64,000 bases of DNA. It comes from Flavobacteriales bacterium. GTDB lineage: Bacteria > Bacteroidota > Bacteroidia > Flavobacteriales_F > PHOS-HE28. Positions 49,889-59,690 of this stretch are shown here, one piece after another. The translations under genes were made by a program, and so were the position numbers. The stretch's first letter is position 1; each line of letters begins with the position of its first letter. The notes beneath the pieces were generated by a model that saw nothing but the letters and a program-made list of their open reading frames with translations, was not told where the DNA came from and did no database searches. Location of the stretch: positions 128,995 through 192,994 of the forward strand of contig JADJOI010000002.1 in NCBI GenBank assembly GCA_016713875.1, written 5' to 3'.

Positions 49889-50139
49889 GGTGCGGGGAGT
49901 TGTTGATGCGAAGTAACATGCCTGCTCCAACGCGGAGCGGTGCAGCGGCCACGGCCTGTCACGGGAAGCGCCGTTGGTCAATGCGACGGAAGCGGAGCTG
50001 AATGAGGCTCAGCAGTCGGAGGGCTCATCCGTGTTGGCAGGATGATCCGGTCCCCTTGGGTTCCTTCACGGAAAACCGATCCCATGCGCCGCAATCTGCT
50101 TTCCTTCATCCTGTTGTTCTGCTCTGTGGGTACCCTGGC

Positions 50140-50388
50140 CTAGCACTTCGAAGGCCCGCAGGCCGCGATCGACGCCAGCTTTTCCGATGGTCCGATCCCC
50201 CCACACCACCACCATGTCCGCCCGAAACCCATGTCGCGCAACACATGTGCGGCCTGGGCACTGCGCCCACCTCCCTTCGCACACACCGTGATGATGCGCT
50301 CCTTCGGTGACCAGCTGCGCGCGCTGGAGCAGGTCGTGGAGGGGTGGCCTGTGATGTTCAGCAGGAGCACCGGTCCTGAACGGCTCAT
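50140..50388 (-). CDS. Short rhodanese-like ORF (possibly truncated single-domain sulfurtransferase)
   Basis: …ERIITVCAKGGGRSAQAAHVLRDMGF… matches the rhodanese active-site loop, but the ORF is only 82 aa and is bounded upstream by TGA, so the N-terminal half of the domain is missing. Confidence 0.35.
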   Translation of the reverse strand: MSRSGPVLLLNITGHPSTTCSSARSWSPKERIITVCAKGGGRSAQAAHVLRDMGFGRTWWWCGGIGPSEKLASIAACGPSKC

Positions 50389-53300
50389 TCAGCGGTGGCG
50401 CCCGGAACGGCGGCACCAACGGGTTGGACCATGGTCCGGGCCCGGCGCCCCCACCAGCCGACCACGCGCTCCTTGGCGCCTTCCAGCAGGTGGTACATCA
50501 CCGGCACCAGGTACACGGTGAGCAGCATGGAACTGGTGAGGCCGCCGATGATCACCCAGGCCAGGCCGTTCTTCCATTCGCTGCCGGTGCCGGTGGCCAG
50601 GGCGATGGGCAGCATGCCGAAGACCATGGCGATGGTGGTCATGAGGATGGGGCGCAGGCGGGTGCGACCGGCCTCCACCAAGGCCTCCACATAGTGCAGG
50701 CCCTCGGCCTTCAGTTGGTTGGTGCGGTCCACGATGAGGATCGCGTTCTTGGCCACCAGACCCAGCAGCATGATGAGGCCCAGCAGCGTGAAGAGGCTGA
50801 GCGAGGAGAGGCTGAGGTTGAGCGCGAGGAAGGCACCGATCACGGCCACCGGGATGCTGAAGAGCACCACGAAGGGGTAGAGGAAGCTGTCGTAGAGGGC
50901 CACCATCACCAAGTAGACGAGGATGAAGGAGATGAGCAGCGCGCCGCCCAGTGCGCCGAAGCTGTCGTTCTGCCGCTTCACGTCGCTGCCCCAGGTGAGA
51001 CGCACGCCAGCGGGCAGGGGGTTGTTGCCCAGGTAGGCCACCACATCATCGGCCACGCTGCCCGAACCGCGGCCCAGGGCATCGGCGGTGAGGGTCACGG
51101 CGCTCATGCGGTCCATGCGTTCCACCAGGGCGGGCGGCTCGTGGCGTTCCACGGTGGCGAACTGAGCCAGGCGCACGGGCATGCCGGCCGCGTTGGTGAA
51201 GAGCAGCCGTTCCATGTCCTGCGCATCGCGCCGCTGGATGTCGTCCACGCGGATGCGGATGGGGTACTCGGTGCCCGCCTCGTACAACCGAGCATCGTCG
51301 TTGCCGGCGAGGGCGTTACGCAGGGTGGCACCCACGGCGGCGGTGCTAAGGCCCAGGCGTGCCATGCGGTCGCGGTCCAGGTGTACCTGCAGTTCGGGCG
51401 CGCCGCTCTCGATGCTCAGGCGCACGTTGTTGGCGCCGGGAATGCCGACCAGGGTGTCCTTCAGCACCTGTGCCGTGCGCATCACTTCGTCGCGGTCCGC
51501 GCCGCTCAGGGTGATCTCCACCGGCGCGCTGCGGGGCACCAGGCCGATGGTGGCCATTGTGATGTCCACGCCGGGGAAGTGGTGCAGCAGGTCGGCGCGC
51601 AGGGCGATCATGGTGGCTTCGGTGCTTTGTCCGTTGCGGGCCTCCTTGGGCACCAGGTCGATGGTGAGCTCAGAGCGGTACTCGGCGCCCACGCCCATGC
51701 TGCCTATGCCGGTGCTGGGGCCGCCCACGTTGCTGAACACGTTGGCCACCTCGGGCCGTTGCAGCAGGTGGGTCTCCAGGTCGCGGGTGCGCAAGTTGTT
51801 CTCCTGCAGGGGCACCTGCTTGTCGTACTCCAGGATGAGTCGGAACATGCCTTGGTCGCCGGTGGCGATGAGCTCCTTGGTCATGATACCCTGCTTGAGC
51901 ACCGCGCCGGTGGCGGCGAAGAGCAGCAGCACGATGCCGAGGAAGGCGGCGCGGTGGGCCAGCACCCAGCGCAACTGCCGGGCATACCACTCGTTGAGCC
52001 GGTCCAGCGCATGCTCGAAGCGGAGCAGTGCGCGGGCCCAAGCGGTGGTGGGCTGCAGGTCCTCGCGCTGGCCGATGCGGGAGGCGAGCCAGGGGGTGAG
52101 CGTGAAGCTGACGAAGAGGCTCATGAGCGTGGAGACCACCACCACCACGCTGAACTGCTTGAGCAGGTCGGCCACGAAGACCTGCACGAAGATGATGGGG
52201 AGGAAGACCACCACGTCCACCAAGGTGATGGACAGGGCCGAGAAGCCGATCTCAGCGCGGCCGGTGAGGGCCGCTTCGCGCTTGTCCGTGCCTTTGTCCA
52301 GGTAGCGTTGGATGTTCTCCAGGATCACGATACTGTCGTCCACCAGGATGCCGATGATGAGCGACATGGCCAGCAGGGTCATCAGGTTCAGCGTGTAGCC
52401 GAAGAGGCCCATGGCCACGAAGGCGCTGACGAGCGACGCGGGGATGGCCACCAGCACGATGAGCGAATTGCGCAGGCTGCGGAGGAAGAGGAGCATGACG
52501 ATGCTGACGAGCACGATGGCCAGGCCGAGGTCGAAGAGCACGGCGTTCACGGCCTCCAGGGTGGTGTCGGTACTGTCCGAGGCGATGATGAAGCGGGTGC
52601 GCTGCGCGGCCTCTTCGGCTTCGATGCGCGCCAGTTCGGCGCGCACAGCGGCGCTCATGTCCACGGCGTTCGCATCGCCCTGTTTCTTGATGAGCAGTCC
52701 GATGCCCTCGCGACCGTTGTAGCGGCTCACGGAGGTGGGGTCGGCCACGCCGTCCACCACATGCGCCACATCCTTTACGCGCACCACGGAGCCGGGCGCG
52801 GGCATGGACACCACCACCTCTTCCACGTCCTGCACGGTATGCAGCTTGCCGGCCAGCTTCACGGTCAATTGGCCGTCATCGGTGCGCACGGGGCCTGCGG
52901 GCACCTCGCGGCCGGCGCGCAGGATGGCCTCGGTCACCTGTGGCAGTGACACGCGGTGCTGGAGCAGGCGTTCCTGGTCCACCTTCACCTGCACCTCGCG
53001 CTGCTCACCGCCCAGCAGGGTGATCTCCGCCACGCCCTTCAGCTGCTGGATGCGGGGCAACAGGTGGTCCACTAAGTGCTGGTGGAACTCCGGTGCGGGC
53101 CGGTCGCTGAGCGCGCTGAGGCTCATGATGGGAAGGTCGTTGGGCGAGACCTTGGACATCACCGGCGGCTGCAGGCCCTCGGGCAGGTCCTGCCGGATGT
53201 TGTCGATGCGGCGCTGGGCATCCTGCATGGCCAGGTCCAGATCGGCGCCGTACTTGAAGTTGACGATGACGATGGAGGCGTTGGCCAGGGAGCGGCTGCT

Positions 53301-53540
53301 GATGAAGTCGACCCGTTCCAGCGCGCTGAGGGCGTCCTCCACGGGACGTGTCACGCTGTTGGCCACCTCCTCCGGCGCGGCGCCGGGGTACATGGTGCGG
53401 ATGGTGATGACGGGCTGGCTGAAGTCGGGCATCATCTCCACGCCCAGCCCGCGGTAGGCCACGATGCCGCCGAGGAAGAGCACGCCGAAGAGCACGATGA
53501 TGAGCGAGGGCCGCTCGATGGCGATACGGGTGAGGTTCAT
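50385..53540 (-). CDS. Efflux RND transporter permease subunit (HAE1/AcrB family)
   Basis: MNLTRIAIERPSLIIVLFGVLFLGGIVAYRGLGVEMMPDF…, about 1050 aa with 12 TM segments and two large periplasmic loops. Confidence 0.9.
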   Translation of the reverse strand: MNLTRIAIERPSLIIVLFGVLFLGGIVAYRGLGVEMMPDFSQPVITIRTMYPGAAPEEVANSVTRPVEDALSALERVDFISSRSLANASIVIVNFKYGADLDLAMQDAQRRIDNIRQDLPEGLQPPVMSKVSPNDLPIMSLSALSDRPAPEFHQHLVDHLLPRIQQLKGVAEITLLGGEQREVQVKVDQERLLQHRVSLPQVTEAILRAGREVPAGPVRTDDGQLTVKLAGKLHTVQDVEEVVVSMPAPGSVVRVKDVAHVVDGVADPTSVSRYNGREGIGLLIKKQGDANAVDMSAAVRAELARIEAEEAAQRTRFIIASDSTDTTLEAVNAVLFDLGLAIVLVSIVMLLFLRSLRNSLIVLVAIPASLVSAFVAMGLFGYTLNLMTLLAMSLIIGILVDDSIVILENIQRYLDKGTDKREAALTGRAEIGFSALSITLVDVVVFLPIIFVQVFVADLLKQFSVVVVVSTLMSLFVSFTLTPWLASRIGQREDLQPTTAWARALLRFEHALDRLNEWYARQLRWVLAHRAAFLGIVLLLFAATGAVLKQGIMTKELIATGDQGMFRLILEYDKQVPLQENNLRTRDLETHLLQRPEVANVFSNVGGPSTGIGSMGVGAEYRSELTIDLVPKEARNGQSTEATMIALRADLLHHFPGVDITMATIGLVPRSAPVEITLSGADRDEVMRTAQVLKDTLVGIPGANNVRLSIESGAPELQVHLDRDRMARLGLSTAAVGATLRNALAGNDDARLYEAGTEYPIRIRVDDIQRRDAQDMERLLFTNAAGMPVRLAQFATVERHEPPALVERMDRMSAVTLTADALGRGSGSVADDVVAYLGNNPLPAGVRLTWGSDVKRQNDSFGALGGALLISFILVYLVMVALYDSFLYPFVVLFSIPVAVIGAFLALNLSLSSLSLFTLLGLIMLLGLVAKNAILIVDRTNQLKAEGLHYVEALVEAGRTRLRPILMTTIAMVFGMLPIALATGTGSEWKNGLAWVIIGGLTSSMLLTVYLVPVMYHLLEGAKERVVGWWGRRARTMVQPVGAAVPGATAE

Positions 53541-53562
53541 GGCCGTTGGGGATGGGCCTGGT

Positions 53563-54603
53563 TCAACGGTAGGTGACACGGGCGCCATCGCGCAGGCTCA
53601 CGGCCCCACTGGTCACCACCAGGTCGCCGGCCTTCAGGCCCTGCATCACGGCCAGCCTGCTGTTATCTGCCGAGGCAGTGACGATGGGGGTGCGCCGCGC
53701 CACGCTATCGCGCACCACGTACACCTCCGGTGCGATGGTGGAGCCCAGCAGCGCGCGGGCCGGAATGGTCACCTGGTCGGCAGCGGTGTTGATGGGCAGC
53801 ACCACGTTGGCGGATAGACCGGCCACGATGCGTGGGTCGGCGTCCAGTTCAATGCGTACGGGGAAGCGGTTGGCCACATCGCCGCGGCGGCCGATGCTGA
53901 GCACGGTGCCCTTCACCGGATCGGTCAGGTCGCCCAGCGTCACCTGCACGGCCTGCCCCTGCTGGAAGCGCGTCACATCCACTTCGCTCACCTGCAGCAG
54001 CACCTCCAGCTCGCGCGGGTCACTGAGCATGGCCACGGGCATGGAGGGCCCCACCACGGTGCCTTCCTCCGCCAGCAGTTGGGTCACCTCGCCATCGAAT
54101 GGCGCGCGGATGGTGGTGCGGCCCAATTGTTCGGTGATGTTGGCCAGTTGGATGCGGGCGGTCTGGAGTGCCTGTTCGGTCCGTTCCAGTTGGATGCCCT
54201 GCACGGCATCGGCGGCGGCGAGCACCCGGTAGCGGGCCTGGTCCTTCTCCAATGCCGCCACCTGCACCTGTGCGGACTCCTGCTGCAGGCGCAACAGTTC
54301 GCCATCGAGCTGTGCGATGAGGTCGCCCTGGCGCACCTGTTGGCCTTCGCGCACGGCCACGCGCAACACGCGTCCGGGTACCTCGGCCATCACGCGGCCT
54401 TCGCGCAGGGGCACCACCGTTCCGCCATAGCGCGGCCCCAGTCCCGTCCCACCCAGCAGCGCGGCTTCCACGGTCACATGCACGGGGGCGTTCTTGTCGT
54501 GGCGGTACACGCGCTCCTCCACGGTGCGTTTGTTCATCACCAGCTTCACCACGGTGAGGGCCAGCAAGGCGGCCAACCCGGTCCAGAGCATCCAGTGTTT
54601 CAT
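53563..54603 (-). CDS. Efflux RND periplasmic adaptor subunit (membrane fusion protein)
   Basis: An N-terminal TM is followed by coiled-coil, lipoyl and beta-barrel domains, ending …GDLVVTSGAVSLRDGARVTYR. Confidence 0.85.
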   Translation of the reverse strand: MKHWMLWTGLAALLALTVVKLVMNKRTVEERVYRHDKNAPVHVTVEAALLGGTGLGPRYGGTVVPLREGRVMAEVPGRVLRVAVREGQQVRQGDLIAQLDGELLRLQQESAQVQVAALEKDQARYRVLAAADAVQGIQLERTEQALQTARIQLANITEQLGRTTIRAPFDGEVTQLLAEEGTVVGPSMPVAMLSDPRELEVLLQVSEVDVTRFQQGQAVQVTLGDLTDPVKGTVLSIGRRGDVANRFPVRIELDADPRIVAGLSANVVLPINTAADQVTIPARALLGSTIAPEVYVVRDSVARRTPIVTASADNSRLAVMQGLKAGDLVVTSGAVSLRDGARVTYR

Positions 54604-55694
54604 GGGCGTTCGTTCAGCAGCGTGCCGTTGAGGCGCGCCAGTTCCAGTTGGGCCTTGCGCAGTTGCACCAAGGCATCGATGTACAGCTGTTGGCCTTCGC
54701 GCACGGCCTGGTCGGCCAGCACCAGGTCAGTGAGGGTGGCGAGACCCTCGATATGTTGCAGCACAGTGCTGCGGCGGATGCGTTCGGCGAGTGCCAACTG
54801 GGCCTCCGCATCGGTGAGCGTTCGCAGCGCAAGGGCCTCATCCCGGGTGGCCCGTCGTTGCTCAAGGCCTTCACGGTCGGCCGCCGCATCGCGCAGCAGG
54901 GTGGACCGCTCCAGTTCCAGTTCCTTCTGCCGCACTTTTTGCGTGATCACCGTGCCGTTGAACAGCGGCACCTGCAGGGTGGCCCCGAAGTAGCTCACCG
55001 GATAGAGGTCGTAGCGGCCCTCGCTGCCGATGGGGCCGAAGCCCGTGTTGCCATACAGGCCATAGCCGTGGAGCGAAGGCAGGCGGGAGCGCTTCAACAG
55101 ACGGATCTCCGCTTGGCGCAGCAGAACGCCGTGCTCGGCGATCCGCAGGCTGGCGGTGGCCTTCGGTGTGGCCGGTATCTGTTGCATGGGGGCGGATGCA
55201 GGCTCGGTGGCCAGGGGGACATCGGGCGGCAGTCCCATCATCAGGCGCAGCAGGTCCAGCACCTGTTCGTGTTGCGCCACCACGCGTTCCCGTTGGGTGC
55301 GCAGCTGATCGCGCTGCAGGCGCAGGCGGTCCACATCGCTGCCGCGCGCCAGCAACTGGGCATGGAGCAGTTCCACGTTGCGCAGCATGGCCTCGGTGTT
55401 CAGCAGGTTACTGTCCAGGAAGGTGCGTCGCGCCTCCAGTACCTGGGCGTTGTAGTAGGCGTTGCTCAGTTCCAGCACCACGTCCTCGCGGCTCCGTTCG
55501 CGCTGCATGCCGGCCATTCGCTCAGCCTCGCGCGCCACATGGATGGCCTCCCAGCTGCCCACATCCACCAGCGGCAGTTGGGCCTGCACGTTCAGCGCGA
55601 TGTTGTCCGGTGTGCCGAACTGGACCTCGCGGTACACGCCTTCCGGTCCGCCGAAGAAGGAGGCGGGTAGTAGCTGGTAGGGCAGGTCGGCGCA
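54600..55694 (-). CDS. TolC-family outer membrane protein, N-terminally truncated (no signal peptide); possible pseudogene
   Basis: OEP repeat two is complete, but the first repeat lacks about 70-80 N-terminal residues. The frame stays open upstream only as far as the TGA at 55695-55697, which is also the stop of the lipoprotein gene in the same frame. The first in-frame start is GTG at 55637. Confidence 0.55.
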   Translation of the reverse strand, partial: CADLPYQLLPASFFGGPEGVYREVQFGTPDNIALNVQAQLPLVDVGSWEAIHVAREAERMAGMQRERSREDVVLELSNAYYNAQVLEARRTFLDSNLLNTEAMLRNVELLHAQLLARGSDVDRLRLQRDQLRTQRERVVAQHEQVLDLLRLMMGLPPDVPLATEPASAPMQQIPATPKATASLRIAEHGVLLRQAEIRLLKRSRLPSLHGYGLYGNTGFGPIGSEGRYDLYPVSYFGATLQVPLFNGTVITQKVRQKELELERSTLLRDAAADREGLEQRRATRDEALALRTLTDAEAQLALAERIRRSTVLQHIEGLATLTDLVLADQAVREGQQLYIDALVQLRKAQLELARLNGTLLNERP

Positions 55695-56150
55695 TCACTC
55701 GAAGTAGTTGCCGTAAGCGGCCAACTGCTCGCCCAGGGCGCTGCGCTGTGCCTCGGTGGCCGCGAAGTCGCGCAGTTGGTGGTGGATGGGCAGCAGGTAA
55801 TTGTGCAGCTGGTTGTGCGCTTCACCCTCCATGGTGCACCGCTCGAAGATGAGCCCGAACTCCGCTTCCAGCGTGTCCTTCAGGACCGTAGGGTCGCCGC
55901 TGGCGGGGTCGTAGGTGCCGAGGATGCCCACCATGTTGGCGATGCCTGTGGTGGTCTCGGGGTTGGCCTTCCAGCGCTGGCCATTATCGAGCGTCACGGG
56001 GGATAGGGCATCGTGTTCCGTGGCCGGGGTGCTGTCCGCTGCAGCGGTGGTGTGGTCGTCGTGGGTGGCCGCATCGTGGGTGTGCTCGCCACAGCTGCTG
56101 TTCAGCGTGGCAATGGCAACGAGCAAGAGGGGAAGGAGAAAGCGGTTCAT
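55695..56150 (-). CDS. Lipoprotein with His-rich N-terminus, hypothetical
   Basis: MNRFLLPLLLVAIATLNSSCGEHTHDAATHDDHTT… (lipobox LNSSC). 151 aa. Confidence 0.5.
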   Translation of the reverse strand: MNRFLLPLLLVAIATLNSSCGEHTHDAATHDDHTTAAADSTPATEHDALSPVTLDNGQRWKANPETTTGIANMVGILGTYDPASGDPTVLKDTLEAEFGLIFERCTMEGEAHNQLHNYLLPIHHQLRDFAATEAQRSALGEQLAAYGNYFE

Positions 56151-56563
56151 GGGTGCAGGTGTGTGGAAGGTTGAACGGGTGCGCGCAAGGCCCGGCGCGC
56201 AAGGAGGTAGAAGGCGGAAGTGAGCAGCGTGCGGAAGGGGAGCGCGCCGATGGTGGCCGTGCGGTAGGCACCACCCGCTGCGATGTGCTGTGCGAGGAAC
56301 ACGGCGCCCACGAGCAGCACCGCAACGGCCGTCGCGAGCAGCTGGGGCGGCCAGCGGTGCTTCATCAGCAGGCCGGTACCGGCAGTCAGGTAGAGCAGGG
56401 AAGCGATCAGGTTGGCGACCACCACGCCGGTCACGTAGGGCGACTCGCGCTCGCGGATGCCGAAGAGGTCCAGCAGTACGGAAGCGCTCAGGAACAGCGT
56501 GAGCGCACCGAAGGCGATGATCACCAGGCCGAGTACGATTCGCGTGAGCTTGCCGGGTTCCAT
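56147..56563 (-). CDS. Small integral membrane protein (4 TM, DoxX-like), hypothetical
   Basis: MEPGKLTRIVLGLVIIAFGALTLFLSASVLL… The stop overlaps the lipoprotein start as ATGA. Confidence 0.45.
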   Translation of the reverse strand: MEPGKLTRIVLGLVIIAFGALTLFLSASVLLDLFGIRERESPYVTGVVVANLIASLLYLTAGTGLLMKHRWPPQLLATAVAVLLVGAVFLAQHIAAGGAYRTATIGALPFRTLLTSAFYLLARRALRAPVQPSTHLHP

Positions 56564-56569
56564 GGCGGT

Positions 56570-57151
56570 TCAGCGGGTAATGAGGTCCAGGGCGGCACCG
56601 ATGAGGGCCCTGCCCTTTTTGCGCACATCGAAGGAGCGTCCGCTCATGCGCCATTGCAGCATGTGCAGGCGGAAGGTGCCCATGACGATGTGGGTGAGCG
56701 TCTCGGTCGAGTGGTCCGTAGTGAAGGTGCCGGACCGTTGCCCGTCCTTGATGGCGTTGAGCAGATGGCGCCGCTTCACCACCATGATGCGTTCAATACC
56801 GGCATCGATGCCGTGCGAGGCCTCCAGCACCCCCGTGGCGAAAATGGCCATGAGGTATTGGGGGTTCTTTTGGAAGTAGGTGAACTGGCTGTCGAACATG
56901 GCGCGCACCCGCTCCACGGGTTCCGGGTGGGCCTCGGCCACGGCGGCAAGGCGTTCGTCGATATTCGAGGCGAGGTGATGCAGCATGGTCACCAGGATCT
57001 CCTCCTTGCTGGCGAAGTGGCGGTAGAGGGCCGCTTCGGTGAAGTGCATGCGCTCGGCCAGGCGCTTGGTGGTGAGGGCCGCGAAGCCATCCTCGGTCAC
57101 CAGTTGTCCGGCGGCCTCGATGATCTCCAGTTGGCGGGGCTTAATGTCCAT
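56570..57151 (-). CDS. TetR/AcrR family transcriptional regulator
   Basis: An N-terminal HTH (…RQLEIIEAAGQLVTEDGFAALTTKRLAERMHFTEAALYRHFASKEEIL…) heads the operon that encodes the RND pump. Confidence 0.85.
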   Translation of the reverse strand: MDIKPRQLEIIEAAGQLVTEDGFAALTTKRLAERMHFTEAALYRHFASKEEILVTMLHHLASNIDERLAAVAEAHPEPVERVRAMFDSQFTYFQKNPQYLMAIFATGVLEASHGIDAGIERIMVVKRRHLLNAIKDGQRSGTFTTDHSTETLTHIVMGTFRLHMLQWRMSGRSFDVRKKGRALIGAALDLITR

Positions 57152-57554
57152 GGGAAGGTTTGAGGTTGAAGAAGGCGGTGCCGAGCAGGAAGACCCCGGC
57201 GGTCATGGCCAGCGCGCCGATGAGGACGAACACCGGGGGCGCCCCGAGGTACACTTCGGCCAGGATGCCGGCGGGCATCAGCAGGCCGATGAGCCCGAGC
57301 CAGGAGGTGAGGGTTGACCAGCGCAGGCGGTCGCCGAAGTGGAGCAGCAGGTAGCCCATCACCACGTTGAGGAAGGCGAAGAGGTTGCCGTGCACGTGCG
57401 CGAGCCGGGCCTCGAAGTGCCTGCCCACGCTGTAGCTGTCCACCCAGGCCTGCTTGTCGGGGGCGAAGTCGCGCAGGTAGATGAGCAGGAAGCCGTAGAG
57501 CATGAAGGCCCCCATGGTGAGGAAGCCGATGGCGATGTTGCGTTGTCCGTTCAT
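57141..57554 (-). CDS. Hypothetical 4-TM membrane protein
   Basis: MNGQRNIAIGFLTMGAFMLYGFLLIYL… Overlaps the tetR start by 11 nt. Confidence 0.45.
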   Translation of the reverse strand: MNGQRNIAIGFLTMGAFMLYGFLLIYLRDFAPDKQAWVDSYSVGRHFEARLAHVHGNLFAFLNVVMGYLLLHFGDRLRWSTLTSWLGLIGLLMPAGILAEVYLGAPPVFVLIGALAMTAGVFLLGTAFFNLKPSHGH

Positions 57555-57893
57555 GGCGTGATCGGTTGTGACGCCACAAAGTAAGTGAACACTAACTAAC
57601 TGTCTTGGTGACGATGGTCACATTGACACTTTCGCGGTTCACTAACGGCCTCCATCCGAAGGTTCGTCCCGGGGCATGACCGGGATACGGAGCAGCACCA
57701 GCGCAGGTCTGTGTGCGTGGCTCTCTGCGGTGATCTTGGTGTGGGTGTCCAGCGCGTGGTCGTGCACGCGTTCACCGTTCATGCCTTCTGGCGGAGGAAC
57801 AGTAGGCTTCAGGATCCGGGCGATCCCGATCGATGCGGTCAGTTGCGCTCGGTACCATCGCGCCACTTCGCACCCATGTCTGCTGCATACCCC

Positions 57894-59013
57894 ATTACTG
57901 AGACGGTGACAAAGAAGCGGTCGATCGGCACGATCTGTGGATCGAGCTTGACATGAAGCGAACAGATGCGCGAAGCCTCAGCGATGAGGCGCTGAACGAA
58001 CGATTGCGGCAGGCGGTGCGCTGCCGCTTGCAAGGTTGCGGGCTGAAAGAGTCTTCCGCGCTGTGCAGCCTTGGGCTGACGGCGGCCAATGATGCTTGGC
58101 AACGCTATCAGCGCGGGGATGGAGAGCCGTTGAGGTATGCCGCAGCGGGCGGCCGCAAGGCAGCGGCATGATCCTGACGCAAGAGCAGCAGAAGCAGACA
58201 CTTCGGCTGATCGCTGACAAGATGCCCGATCAATTGAAGTTGCCCTATGCGCTGTGGTCACGCAAGGCCATCGCGCTGTTGATCAAAGAACGCTTCGGCG
58301 TAGTGCTGCCCGAACGCACGATGACCGACTACTTGAGCCGTTGGGGCTTCAGCGCACAGAAGCCGATGCGCCGCGCAGCAGAACAGCGGCCCGAACTGGT
58401 GCGCAAGTGGCGTGAAGAGGTCTATCCGGCGATCAAGCGCAGGGCCGAATTGGAGGGCGCGGACATCCATTGGGGGGATGAGACCGGCCTGCGCAATGAT
58501 GATGTGCGTGGACGGAGCTTCGCCAAGCGTGGCAAGACGCCGGTGGTGCGTGTGCTGAACAAGCGCTTCGGCCGTTCGATCATCTCCACCATCACCAATC
58601 GCGGCCAGATGCGGTGGATGGTCTTCAAGGGCGCCCTTGATGCGGAGATCTTCCAGGATTTCCTCGCACGTTTGATCAAAGGGGCAAAGCGCAAGGTGTT
58701 CCTCATCCTGGACAACCTGCCGGTGCATCATGCCAAAGTCCTGCGCCCATGGCTGGAAAGCACAAGGAGCGCATCGAACTGTTCTTCATGCCGGGCTACT
58801 CACCCGAACTCAACCCCGTGGAGGTGGCCAATGCCGACCTGAAGAAGAACGTGACCAGCGCTCCGCCGCCGCGCACCGAGGAGCAACTCGTTGAGAACAT
58901 CTTGGCCCATTACCGAAGCGTGTCCAAGAAGCCCAAGCACATCAAAAGCTACTTCGGTCACCCCGATGTTCGATATGCCGCATGAAACCGGATCTTCACC
59001 ACCGGCTCAGTAA
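57894..59013 (+). mobile_element. IS630-family insertion sequence, degenerate (transposase split into three frames)
   Basis: Imperfect terminal inverted repeats TTACTGAGACGGTGACAAAGAAG (57894-57916) and the reverse complement of GATCTTCACCACCGGCTCAGTAA (58991-59013). The internal DDE transposase carries HWGDETG, ILDNLPVHH and PGYSPELNPVE motifs spread over ORFs 57953-58171, 58168-58842 and 58749-58985. GC is lower than the flanks. Confidence 0.7.
57953..58985 (+). pseudogene. IS630-family DDE transposase, frameshifted (HTH N-terminus; DDE core; the catalytic E falls in a third frame)
   Basis: Three overlapping ORFs in different frames together reconstruct a roughly 340-aa IS630/Tc1-mariner-like transposase. 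The first junction (about 58165) could be a programmed frameshift. The second (about 58745-58840) suggests decay. Confidence 0.65.
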
Positions 59014-59039
59014 CTTCACTGCACAAAGCACATCGCACC

Positions 59040-59690
59040 ATGCACCCCAACACCTTCGACCCGAAACAGCATTGGGAGGCCATCTACGCGAAGAAGGATC
59101 CGCAGGAGTTGAGCTGGTTCCAGGCAATGCCCAAGGTGTCCTCGGATCTCATTGCCGAGCGCCATGTTGCGCTGGATGCGCGCATCATTGATGTGGGTGG
59201 CGGTGACAGCCTGCTGGTGGACCACCTGCTGGAGCGCGGGTACAGGGATGTCACCGTACTCGACATCAGCGGCACGGCACTGTTCAAGGCGCAGCAACGC
59301 CTGGGTGCGGCTGCCGCATCGGTGCAGTGGATCGAAGGGGATGCCACCCGCTTTGATGCATCCGCGCCGTTCGATGTGTGGCACGACCGCGCGGTGTTCC
59401 ATTTCCTGACCACGGATGCCGATGTGGATCGCTACTTGGAAAGGCTGTCACATTCGCTGAAACCTGGAGGCCTTTTGATACTCGGCACCTTCAGCGAGAA
59501 TGGTCCGGAGAAATGCAGTGGCATTCCGGTGCACCGCTATAGCGAGGCGGAAGTGGTGGAACGCCTTCAACACCTGTGCGCCCGCATCAAGTGTTTCAAA
59601 GTGGACCATGTGACGCCCTTCGACACGGTCCAGAATTTCCTCTTCTGCGCCTTCCGCAAAGCGGACCACCACGGAGAGGGAAACGAATGA
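59040..59690 (+). CDS. Class I SAM-dependent methyltransferase
   Basis: Motif I …RIIDVGGGDSLLVDHLLERGY… and motif post I …VTVLDIS…. Confidence 0.8.
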   Translation: MHPNTFDPKQHWEAIYAKKDPQELSWFQAMPKVSSDLIAERHVALDARIIDVGGGDSLLVDHLLERGYRDVTVLDISGTALFKAQQRLGAAAASVQWIEGDATRFDASAPFDVWHDRAVFHFLTTDADVDRYLERLSHSLKPGGLLILGTFSENGPEKCSGIPVHRYSEAEVVERLQHLCARIKCFKVDHVTPFDTVQNFLFCAFRKADHHGEGNE

